Assembly: GCA_016781135.1 (NCBI GenBank)
Contig: JADDQY010000126.1
Location: 1,861-65,860 of the forward strand
DNA length: 64,000 nt
Direction: 5' to 3'
Source of the DNA: Actinomycetota bacterium
GTDB taxonomy: Bacteria; Actinomycetota; Acidimicrobiia; Acidimicrobiales; CADCSY01
Below the pieces are notes generated by a model. It saw nothing but the letters and a program-made list of their open reading frames with translations, made no database searches and was not told the DNA's origin. The position numbers and the translations under genes are program-made. Below are positions 16,111-24,109 of this stretch, piece after piece (the first letter of the stretch is position 1; each line of letters starts with the position of its first letter).

Positions 16111-17961
16111 ATGCCGGCGGTGAGCACGTTCGACAGCACCAAGACCGACCTGGTCGAGCTCCTTACGAGCGCTCGAACTGGTGAGGCGCAGCTGCCCGAT
16201 TTCCAGCGCGGGTGGGTTTGGGACGACGAGCACATCCGCGACCTGATCGCGAGCGTCTCCCGGTCGTTCCCGATCGGCACGGTGATGATGCTGGAGCACG
16301 GCGGCGAGGTGAGCTTCCGAACTCGCCCGCTCGAGGGCGCCACACCCGATTCCCGCACCCCCGAGCTGCTCGTCCTCGACGGTCAGCAGCGGCTCACGTC
16401 GCTGTTCCAGTCGCTCATGTCCGGCAAGCCGGTCGCGACCAAGGACGCCAAGGCGCTTCCTATCGAGCGGTGGTACTACCTCGACATCCGGAAGTGCCTC
16501 GACCCGAACATCGAACGTGAGGACGCCGTCTTCTCGATCCCGGCCGATCGAGTCCTGCGCACGAACTTCGGCCGGGACGTCGTGATCGACCTCAGCACGA
16601 GAAGCGATGAGTACGAGCAGTGCATGTTTCCGCTGAGCGAGGTGTTCGACCACTACGACTGGGCCTCGGGGTTCAGAGAGAGGCATGGATACGACCCCGA
16701 CGTCAGCCGGATGTGGGACAAGTTCGAGCGCGACGTCGTCCAGCGCTTCCGCTCGTACCAGCTACCGGTCATCCGGCTCCACAAGCAGACGCCGAAGGAG
16801 GCCGTCTGCCTCGTTTTCGAGAAGGTCAACACCGGCGGCGTGTCGCTGACCGTCTTCGAGTTGCTGACTGCCACCTTTGCCGCCGTTGCGCCACCGGACT
16901 TCGAGCTCCGCGGCGACTGGGAGGCGCGAGAGCGCCGTCTCCACCAACAGCGCGTGCTGCGCGACGTCGCAAACACCGACTTCTTGCAGGCGATCACGCT
17001 GATCGTCACACGAGAGCGGCAACAAGCAGCGCTAGCTGCCGGCGAAGAGGAGGACCGTGTCCCCGGCATCAGCTGCAAGCGCCGAGACATCCTCCGCCTG
17101 ACCTTCGACGACTACCAGCGGTGTGCCGATCCGGTCACGCAGGGCTTCGAGCGGGTCGCTCGCTTCCTGCACCGGGAGCGCATCTTCGAGACGAAGTACC
17201 TGCCCTACAGCACCCAGCTCGTTCCGCTGGCGGCGCTGCTCTCCGTCCTAGGCGATGACGGCTTGGAGAAGCCTGCGGTGCGGGACAAGCTGGCGCGCTG
17301 GTACTGGTGCGGCGTCTTCGGAGAGCTGTACGGCTCAGCGACCGAGACACGCTTCGCCCGTGACCTGCCGGAAGTGCTGCGTTGGATTGAGGATGACACC
17401 GCTGTCCCCCGGACGATCGTCGATGCGAACCTCACGCCAGAGCGTGTGGTAACGCTCCGCACCCGCAACAGCGCCGCCTACAAGGGCGTGTATGTGCTGC
17501 TCATCCGGGAGGGCGCTCGTGACTTCCGCACCGGCGAAACGGCGAACGACCAGAACTACTTCGAGGAAGCAGTCGACATCCATCACATCTTCCCGCAGAA
17601 GTGGTGCCGTGAGCGCAAGCCCGAACCGGTTTCCGCCGGGCTGTTCGACAGCATCGTGAACAAGACACCGTTGACAGCTCGCACCAATCGGATAATCGGC
17701 GGGCGAGCGCCGAGCGAGTATCTGAGGAGCCTGCGCGAGAACCACGGTGTGTCGAAGGCCGACGAGACGAAGAACCTCGAGTCGCACTTCATCGAGCCGG
17801 AGAACCTCCGCGCTGATGACTTCGAAGCGTTCTTCCGCGCCCGGCACCGGGAGCTCCTCGACCGAATCGGCGCAGTCATGAGGAAACAGCTCCTTGTCGA
17901 TCGGACGGAGACCGCGGCGAAACCGGTCTCGTACGAGGAGCTTGAGGGCACAGACGAGTGA
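16111..17961 (+). CDS. GmrSD-family type IV restriction enzyme (DUF262 + DUF1524), BrxU-like
   Basis: 616 aa. N-terminal LPDFQRGWVW and LVLDGQQRLTSL (DUF262). C-terminal DIHHIFPQKW...NKTPLTARTN (DUF1524 His-Me finger). Lies 19 nt after brxL with a GGAGGA Shine-Dalgarno. Confidence 0.85.
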   Translation: MPAVSTFDSTKTDLVELLTSARTGEAQLPDFQRGWVWDDEHIRDLIASVSRSFPIGTVMMLEHGGEVSFRTRPLEGATPDSRTPELLVLDGQQRLTSLFQSLMSGKPVATKDAKALPIERWYYLDIRKCLDPNIEREDAVFSIPADRVLRTNFGRDVVIDLSTRSDEYEQCMFPLSEVFDHYDWASGFRERHGYDPDVSRMWDKFERDVVQRFRSYQLPVIRLHKQTPKEAVCLVFEKVNTGGVSLTVFELLTATFAAVAPPDFELRGDWEARERRLHQQRVLRDVANTDFLQAITLIVTRERQQAALAAGEEEDRVPGISCKRRDILRLTFDDYQRCADPVTQGFERVARFLHRERIFETKYLPYSTQLVPLAALLSVLGDDGLEKPAVRDKLARWYWCGVFGELYGSATETRFARDLPEVLRWIEDDTAVPRTIVDANLTPERVVTLRTRNSAAYKGVYVLLIREGARDFRTGETANDQNYFEEAVDIHHIFPQKWCRERKPEPVSAGLFDSIVNKTPLTARTNRIIGGRAPSEYLRSLRENHGVSKADETKNLESHFIEPENLRADDFEAFFRARHRELLDRIGAVMRKQLLVDRTETAAKPVSYEELEGTDE

Positions 17962-17990
17962 CCCCGACGGCGATCACCCCGACGGCGATC
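17961..17990. repeat. Perfect 15-bp tandem direct repeat (ACCCCGACGGCGATC x2)
   Basis: Copies at 17961-17975 and 17976-17990. They fill the gap between the convergent GmrSD stop and integrase stop. Confidence 0.9.
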
Positions 17991-19236
17991 AATCGCTCAG
18001 GGGCGGGCACCGACGGAGCAGGGCACCGAGCGTGTCGGCCGCCCGTTCGTCGGCGGCCTGGAGGAACTGGGCGTAGAAGTCGAGCGTCGTCGAGGCGTTG
18101 GCGTGCCCGAGTCGACCGCTGACCGTGCGGATGTCGATGCCGGCCGTCAGGAGCTGCGTGGCGCTGAAGTGGCGAAGGTGGTGGAGCTTCACGCCCTCGA
18201 GCCCGAGCTCGTCACGGAGGCGGCCGAAGGCGAGGGTGGCGTAGTTCGGACGCCAGGGCTTCGAGAAGTCGACCTCGTGCGAGAACAGGAACGAGTTCGG
18301 CGAGAGCTTCGCTCCGCACTTCGTAGCCAGCTCCTCGCACGCCTGGCGGTGAGCGATGAGCAGGGCGGTCGTCTCTTCGTCGAGGGTGACCTTCCGGACC
18401 TGGTGCGTCTTGGTGTCCTTCTCGATGAGCTCGCCGCCAACCTCGACGATGCTGCGGGCGATCGTCACCCGGCGCTTGTCGAGGTCGACGTGCTTCCACC
18501 GCAGCGCGCAGAGCTCGGCGCGGCGGGCCCCCGTCGCTGCCGCCAACCGGAAGCAGGTCGGGAGCGACGGGTTGACCTTCGTCGCCGCCTCGATCAGCCG
18601 GGCGACGTCGGCGGGGTCGGGCAGCTCGAGGTACTGCTTCTTCGAGCGCGGCGGCGTGGCGTTGGCCGCCGGGTTCACCGTGAGCCACCCCCACTTCACG
18701 CCCTGGGCGAGCGCGCGCCGCAGCACGGCGTGGGCGCGCATCACCGTGTTCGGGGCGAGTGCGGTGCCGCCGGGGCCGCCCGACCGGCGAAGCTTTGAGT
18801 ACCACTGGTCGAGGTCCGCGGTACGGAGACGACGGAGGGGTACGTCGGCCCAGCGCGGGAGGATCCGCTTGTCGAGCAACCGGCGGTACTCGGCGGCGAC
18901 CGCCGGCGACAGGTCCGGCGCGGCGTGGGAGTACCAGCGCTCGCACAACTCGCCGACGGTTCCGGCTTGAACGGCGTGTTGGCCGTCTTCGATCTCGGCG
19001 AGCAGCCGGCCGAGGGCGACCTCGGCCTCTCGACGCTCGCCGCGGACGGTGCGTGTGACGTAGCGCTTCTTGCCCGTCTCGGCGTCCTTGCCGGCGAAGG
19101 CTCGGATCTCCCAGGACTGCTTCCCTCGCTGGCGGATCGACCCGGCCACGACCGCCACCGTACCGCGGTCGGATGGGCAAGAGTAGCGATTTGGATGGGC
19201 AACCGCCTCTCGGAACGGTTCAGCACCCGCAGACAC
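17989..19236 (-). CDS. Tyrosine recombinase / phage-type integrase
   Basis: 415 aa. C-terminal catalytic region HHLRHFSATQLLTAGIDIRTVSGRLGHANASTTLDFYAQF (R..H..R..Y pattern). Adjacent to the tRNA 3' end. Confidence 0.9.
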   Translation of the reverse strand: MSAGAEPFREAVAHPNRYSCPSDRGTVAVVAGSIRQRGKQSWEIRAFAGKDAETGKKRYVTRTVRGERREAEVALGRLLAEIEDGQHAVQAGTVGELCERWYSHAAPDLSPAVAAEYRRLLDKRILPRWADVPLRRLRTADLDQWYSKLRRSGGPGGTALAPNTVMRAHAVLRRALAQGVKWGWLTVNPAANATPPRSKKQYLELPDPADVARLIEAATKVNPSLPTCFRLAAATGARRAELCALRWKHVDLDKRRVTIARSIVEVGGELIEKDTKTHQVRKVTLDEETTALLIAHRQACEELATKCGAKLSPNSFLFSHEVDFSKPWRPNYATLAFGRLRDELGLEGVKLHHLRHFSATQLLTAGIDIRTVSGRLGHANASTTLDFYAQFLQAADERAADTLGALLRRCPPLSD

Positions 19237-19260
19237 CGCCCTTGACCTGCTACTTTGCGG

Positions 19261-19333
19261 CGCCCCCGGCAGGACTCGAACCTGCGACGCACGGTTTAGG
19301 AAACCGACGCTCTATCCTCTGAGCTACGGGGGC
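19261..19333 (-). tRNA. tRNA-Arg (anticodon CCT)
   Basis: Hand fold: acceptor GCCCCCG/CGGGGGC, D arm GCTC-AGAGGATA-GAGC, anticodon arm TCGGT-TTCCTAA-ACCGT, T arm GCAGG-TTCGAGT-CCTGC, discriminator G. CCA is not encoded. Confidence 0.85.
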
Positions 19334-19549
19334 TGACGGTCTGAAAGCGCTGGCCAGCGCCCATTGTTGCCGACGGTCGCCCACCTGCTTGCCATCTATA
19401 GGCCGCGGTTAGGGGCGGAGCGATCGGTGTTGCGCAGAGCCATGGCTGGCTGGCTCCGACCTCGCCCGCTACCCAACGGTTTCACCGTACCCCCGAAGCT
19501 CGATCATGTGACGAACACGACCGGCTGACCGTGCCCCGGGAACCGACAG

Positions 19550-19610
19550 CGCTCCGGACAGGACTCGAACCCGTGGCCTACCGCTTAGGAGGCGGTCGCT
19601 CTCTCCAGCT
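19550..19610 (-). pseudogene. 5'-truncated second tRNA-Arg(CCT)-like copy
   Basis: Retains the D-loop (AGCTGGAGAGAGC), anticodon arm ACCGC-CTCCTAA-GCGGT, T arm ACGGG-TTCGAGT-CCTGT and 3' acceptor strand CCGGAGC. The matching 5' acceptor strand and 5' D-stem are absent. Confidence 0.65.
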
Positions 19611-19996
19611 CGAAAGCGCAGCGGCAGCCAGGGCGTCCTCGTCGGGAGCGCCCTCGTCGTTGAGCGGCACCTCTCCTCCGCCGGGCAGGAACGCCAAACT
19701 CGTGGTTCTCGGTGCCGATGTTCTTGGCGGCGAAGGTGAACACGCCGGCGCCCACCTCGACCATCCCTGGCGCAAAGGCTAGTCGCCGAGCTTGATGCCG
19801 ACCGTCTCGGCCGAGCTTGATGCCGACAGTCTCGGTCGCCTCGGCCTCGAGCTCTTCGCCCACCGGGATGCACGCCGCCGCCGCGCCGCCGTGGTCGACC
19901 TCCACCGGGGCTTCGGACCCTGCACCTGGCGACGAGGCCGTCCGGCTCCGCCTGACCATCCTCACCACATCCCACCACCGCCATTACCAGCGCCAA
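19611..19996 (-). pseudogene. Decayed cupredoxin-like lipoprotein gene remnant
   Basis: Lipobox-like MALVMAVVGCGE in one frame, VEVGAGVFTFAAKNIGTENHEF in a second, and FLPGGGEVPLNDEGAPDEDAL in a third. The last frame runs into the tRNA fragment. Confidence 0.3.
19786..19835. repeat. 25-bp tandem duplication (CCGAGCTTGATGCCGACNGTCTCGG x2, one mismatch)
   Basis: Copies at 19786-19810 and 19811-19835. The unit length is not a multiple of 3, and the repeat lies inside the decayed gene remnant. Confidence 0.85.
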
Positions 19997-20319
19997 AGCA
20001 TCCCGTCAGCCGGGACGGACAACCTCAGGCAGGCCATTGCTACTGGTCACGAACGACGTCGAGCGTCCCACGCCTCTCGGACCGAGGCGGTCAGCTGGTT
20101 CGGGGTGACGACGAGACAGAACCGGCGCTCGCCAAGAGATTGCCAGGTGAGATCCTCTCTGTACAACTACCGAAGGATAGCTAGTAGGTTTACCTAACGG
20201 GCGCAAGTGAGTGATCAAGACAGCAAGGAGCCGCTTCACCTGCGCTCCTACCGGTCGGCTATCTTCCGCCTCAGGAGACCGCCGGGGAGCGAAAGAGCTC
20301 GAGGCCGAGGAGGTGCGCC

Positions 20320-21906
20320 GTGAGGCTTCGTCTGCGGTGGGTGCCGGTGCTGGTGGTGGTCGCCCTCGTCGCCCCCGCCGTGGCGCTGGCGCATCCTCCT
20401 GGCTCGGGTCAAGACCGGGATTTCACCGCTGCTCCCCCGGCCATCGACGACCCCGGCCCGTGCACCGAGCAAGCAGCTGCTTCATTGCCCGATGGCGACG
20501 GGCATGACCATCTCGACATCACCCAGCACCGCTTCGCCTGCCGAATGCGCCAGGTGTTCTTCGACGGCCTGGGCGACGAGCTGGCCGCCGAGCCGGACGT
20601 GGTGCTGGGCGAGATGGATGTGAAGAACGGCCTGGCGGCGGTGACGGTGACGTTCCCCGAGTCGGGCGTGGTGTTCTTCGACGTCTCCAATCCGGCCCAG
20701 CCGGAGTTCCTGAGCTGGTACCGCGGCTCGAAGTGCGAGGGATTGGTGACCGACATCAACTGCGGTGCCTTCGTCGACCTCTCGAGCGACGGCACCGTGG
20801 CGTTCCTCTCCACCCAGGCCCTGACCTTCCTCCCCGCCGCACTGCCCGACGTGGGCGTGCGGCCGGTCTCCCTGCCCAGCGTCGAGGTGATCGACGTTCG
20901 CCAGCCGCGTACCCCACGGCGAGCGCAGATCTATCCGGTCGTCAGCCTGGGTGGCGTCCACACGTCACGCTCGCACGTCGTGCCTGCCGGCCCCACCGAG
21001 GGTGGGCCGCGCGCACCGGGTGAGTACGTCTTCTCGGTGGCCAACGGCTTGGGGGTCGAGATCAGCAGGCTCGACCGGAGTGGCGGAACACCCCGTCTCA
21101 CCCAGGTCAGGCGCATCACCATCGACGACGTCCACGACACCTTCATTCAGAACGACCCCCTGACCGGGCGGACCTACCTGTACGTGGCGGCGGGCTTCGA
21201 GTCAGGGGCCTACGTCTATGACGTCACCGATCCGGCCCAACCCCGGCTCCTCGCCGAATGGGACCTCACGCCCCACTGCTCGGCCGACTGGTACGCCCAC
21301 ACCATCGACGTGGTCGTGCGCGATGGTCGGCGCTCGCTCACCCTCGACGCCGAGAGCCTCGACCTCGGCGCGCAGCCGTCCGCCGACCAGGCCCGCGGCT
21401 GCGGCCAGGTCCGGGGCAACGGAGACAAGCCCGGTCCGCTGTGGATTCTCGACGCCACCGACTTCTCCGCGCTCGGTCCCGCCGTTGACACGGGCAACGA
21501 CGCCGTAGACCAGCTCCGGTCGGCCTCGGAGTCGGCGCTGGTGACCACTTGGACCAATCCAGCGGGCCGGCCCGGGGGAGATCTGCGGTTCTCGCCTCAC
21601 AACCAGCAGATCGTGGGCGACAGGATCTACCTTTCCCATTACCACGGCGGCGTGTACGTGCTCGATGCATCGGCGGCGTTCGCCGGCCGGCCCCAGCGCC
21701 CTGGAGAGCTGGGCTTCGTGGTCCCCCATGGCGACGAGATCCGCCCGGCCAGCGAGCCGCTGATCCAGCCCCTGATCGGCTTCTTCGGCGAGATCGAGAG
21801 GGACCGGCCCATGATCTGGGATGCCGTCTTCTACGAGGGCTACGTCTTGGCCGCCGACATGCGGGGTGGCTTCTACTCCTTCCAGTACGAGGGCGACCGC
21901 AGCTAG
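20320..21906 (+). CDS. Secreted beta-propeller protein with LVIVD-type repeats
   Basis: 528 aa with signal peptide MRLRLRWVPVLVVVALVAPAVALA. Recurrent blocks such as VVFFDVSNPAQPEFL, AYVYDVTDPAQPRLL and GGVYVLDAS. Confidence 0.55.
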   Translation: MRLRLRWVPVLVVVALVAPAVALAHPPGSGQDRDFTAAPPAIDDPGPCTEQAAASLPDGDGHDHLDITQHRFACRMRQVFFDGLGDELAAEPDVVLGEMDVKNGLAAVTVTFPESGVVFFDVSNPAQPEFLSWYRGSKCEGLVTDINCGAFVDLSSDGTVAFLSTQALTFLPAALPDVGVRPVSLPSVEVIDVRQPRTPRRAQIYPVVSLGGVHTSRSHVVPAGPTEGGPRAPGEYVFSVANGLGVEISRLDRSGGTPRLTQVRRITIDDVHDTFIQNDPLTGRTYLYVAAGFESGAYVYDVTDPAQPRLLAEWDLTPHCSADWYAHTIDVVVRDGRRSLTLDAESLDLGAQPSADQARGCGQVRGNGDKPGPLWILDATDFSALGPAVDTGNDAVDQLRSASESALVTTWTNPAGRPGGDLRFSPHNQQIVGDRIYLSHYHGGVYVLDASAAFAGRPQRPGELGFVVPHGDEIRPASEPLIQPLIGFFGEIERDRPMIWDAVFYEGYVLAADMRGGFYSFQYEGDRS

Positions 21907-21984
21907 CACCCGGTCCTGCAGGTGCTGGACGGCCTCGGCCCGGTCGATCTGCACGCGCCCTTCCCCTGGAGCGAGACCGACCCG

Positions 21985-22879
21985 GTCGCCGCACTCGCCC
22001 TTGCACCTGGAGATCATCCTCACCAACCGCCTCCCCGACGACTCGCCCCCGGTGTCGCTGCACGCCGACGGCCTCGCCTTCGACCCGCTCGACTCGGGTG
22101 ACCTGGAGGTCCGCAACAATCCGTCCCAGGTCGTCGCCGTCGGCGATCGTCGGACCTACACGTTCTCGCCCATCCGGAGTACGGGCCGGGGGCGGCCATG
22201 GTCCGGGACGGGGGCGACCTGGCTCACTCCGGCGGGCTGGGGCTGTACGGAGCGGTGGTCATCAGTCCCGCCGGATCCGAAGTCGATCCCGCCGGTGGCT
22301 GGTCGACCACCGTCACCGACGCTGACGGCACCGCCTGGCGAGACGTGGTCCTCTTCTCCCACGACGAAGATGACGCCCTCGGTGGCCATCGCATGCCGTA
22401 TGCGCGGGCGGTCAGGGGCGCCGTCGGCTCAACTACCGGCAAGGCGACGAGGGCCCCACATCGAGGCCCACGCCGGTGATCCGCTGTGGATCCACGTGCT
22501 CGCCCCTTGGAGCGAACAGGCACAGGTGCTCGAGCCTCGCATGCTCGGTAGCACCCTGGTCGACTCCGTCGCCCTGGGCGGGTTGGAGTCGATCACGGTC
22601 GTCCCCGAGGGCGGCGCAGGGGGCGTCGACCAGCGACCAGGCACCTACTGGCTCGGTGACCACCGAGAGCCCTACCGAGAGGCGGGACTGTCCGGGCGGC
22701 TGGTCGTGCACCCCCGGTGCGGCGACGACGTCTCCCTCGCCCGGCTCCCGGACTCGCCCGGATGTGAAAGCGGACCGTGGGCGTCACTGCTGGGAGGGGG
22801 CGCAGCGTTGGCAGTGGTGGCTGTCGGCGTCGGCTTGTGGTACCCACGACACCGCCGCACGGCGAGGGAGGCCGATTGA
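21985..22879 (+). pseudogene. Multicopper-oxidase/cupredoxin-like membrane-anchored protein, multiply frameshifted
   Basis: Sensible sequence switches frame near 22170, 22425 and 22455 (VSLHADGLAFDP... / DLAHSGGLGLYGAVVISP... / LNYRQGDEGP / DPLWIHVLAP...). C-terminal TM segment AALAVVAVGVGLWY. Confidence 0.4.
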
Positions 22880-23072
22880 CTGGGCTGAGACGGGCCTCCT
22901 GGGAAGTTGCACCAGTCGCACCGGGGGGGACCAACCCAGAGCCGAGCTGGCCCAAGCCGAAGCCGTACACCACGCCGACACCTCGGTGTGTCATCCCTCC
23001 CACGCTGATGGTCGACGGGCAGCGACGACCAGGAGCATGCACGGTCGTTCCGGTTCCGGGGTAGACGAAGGC

Positions 23073-23474
23073 ATGCGCGGATGGTCAGCGAACATCGAGG
23101 ATGCGACAGTCGACAACGAGACCTTCCGGACGGTGGTGTTCACCGGGGACTCCTTGCAGGTGACCGTCATGAGCCTCCGCCCCGGCGAGGAGATCGGTAC
23201 CGAGGTGCACGACGGGCTCGACCAGTTCATCCGCGTGGAACAGGGACGGGCCGATGTGCTCATGGGACCGTCGAAGGACGACCTGAGCGAGATCCATCAG
23301 CTCGAGGACGACTGGGCCGTGGTCATCCCCGGGGGCACCTGGCACAACGTGATCAACCGGGGCGATTCCGCCCTCAAGCTTTACTCGATCTACGCCCCGC
23401 CCGAGCACCCCGACGGCGCGGTGCACCCAACGAAGGCCGACGCCGAGTCGGCCGAGGCCGAGGACGAAGGGTGA
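23073..23474 (+). CDS. Cupin-domain protein
   Basis: The internal ATG at 23073 gives 133 aa. Cupin-like GEEIGTEVHDGLDQFIRVEQGRADV...IPGGTWHNVIN. Confidence 0.65.
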   Translation: MRGWSANIEDATVDNETFRTVVFTGDSLQVTVMSLRPGEEIGTEVHDGLDQFIRVEQGRADVLMGPSKDDLSEIHQLEDDWAVVIPGGTWHNVINRGDSALKLYSIYAPPEHPDGAVHPTKADAESAEAEDEG

Positions 23475-23495
23475 CTGCCCGCCAGGCGCCCCCAG

Positions 23496-24062
23496 GTGAG
23501 AACCATCCGCACCGTGGGCCACGGCGCGCTCGAGCCTGCCGAGCTCCTGGGTCTGCTCAGGCGTAGCGGCATCGAGGCCATCGCCGACGTGCGCCGCTAT
23601 CCCGGCAGCCGCCGCCATCCTCAGCTGGCACGGGGGCCGATGGAAGAGTGGCTGCCCGAGGGCGGCGTCGACTACGCGTGGATCCCGGCCCTCGGCGGGC
23701 GCCGAACGACCACGCCGCGCTCGCCCCACGTCGCCCTGCGCAACGAGCAGTTCCGGGGCTACGCCGACCACATGGCGACCGAGGAGTTCGCCACCGGGAT
23801 GGGCCAACTTCGTCAGCTGGCCTCGGCTCGGTCGGTGGCCGTCTTGTGCGCCGAGTCGCTGTGGTGGCGGTGCCATCGCCGGCTGATCGCCGATCACCTC
23901 GTCCTCATCGGGCACACGGCGGTGGAGCACCTGTTGCACGACGGCCGGAGCGCCCCGCACGCACCGACCGCAGGAGCACGGGTGGAGAGCGGCATGCTCG
24001 TCTACGACGTCTCCGAGCACCCCCTGCTCTTCGACCCGACCGCATGCTCCCTGCCGGACTGA
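23496..24062 (+). CDS. DUF488 family protein
   Basis: 188 aa. MRTIRTVGHG...IEAIADVRRYPGSRRHPQ...LGGRR matches the DUF488 pattern. Confidence 0.65.
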   Translation: MRTIRTVGHGALEPAELLGLLRRSGIEAIADVRRYPGSRRHPQLARGPMEEWLPEGGVDYAWIPALGGRRTTTPRSPHVALRNEQFRGYADHMATEEFATGMGQLRQLASARSVAVLCAESLWWRCHRRLIADHLVLIGHTAVEHLLHDGRSAPHAPTAGARVESGMLVYDVSEHPLLFDPTACSLPD

Positions 24063-24109
24063 GCCTGCACGGCGGCGCGCCGCCCCGGGCTCGCGTGGCC
24101 CCGCCGCAA

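Larger units (their letters stand above)
329..19333. mobile_element. Putative integrative defence island anchored at tRNA-Arg(CCT); right end is the tRNA, left end not identified
   Basis: Tyrosine integrase starts 25 nt from the 3' end of the tRNA. The cargo is made of defence-type genes (BREX, GmrSD, HTH-containing 3-gene operon). No convincing direct repeat of the tRNA 3' end was found further left. Confidence 0.45.

Noticed and set aside
19550-19610. Second tRNA-Arg(CCT) as a functional gene
   Set aside because: No 5' acceptor strand complementary to CCGGAGC exists upstream and the 5' D-stem is missing, so it cannot fold into a cloverleaf. It was called a fragment instead.
17961-19835. 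Tandem repeats at 17961-17990 and 19786-19835 as a CRISPR or other repeat array
   Set aside because: Each has only two directly abutting copies with no spacers, and there are no cas genes in the window.
20170-20215. Lower-GC patch with short inverted repeat TAGGT-TT-ACCTA upstream of the beta-propeller gene, considered as an operator
   Set aside because: The arms are only 5 bp, there is only a single copy and there is no adjacent regulator. This is indistinguishable from chance.
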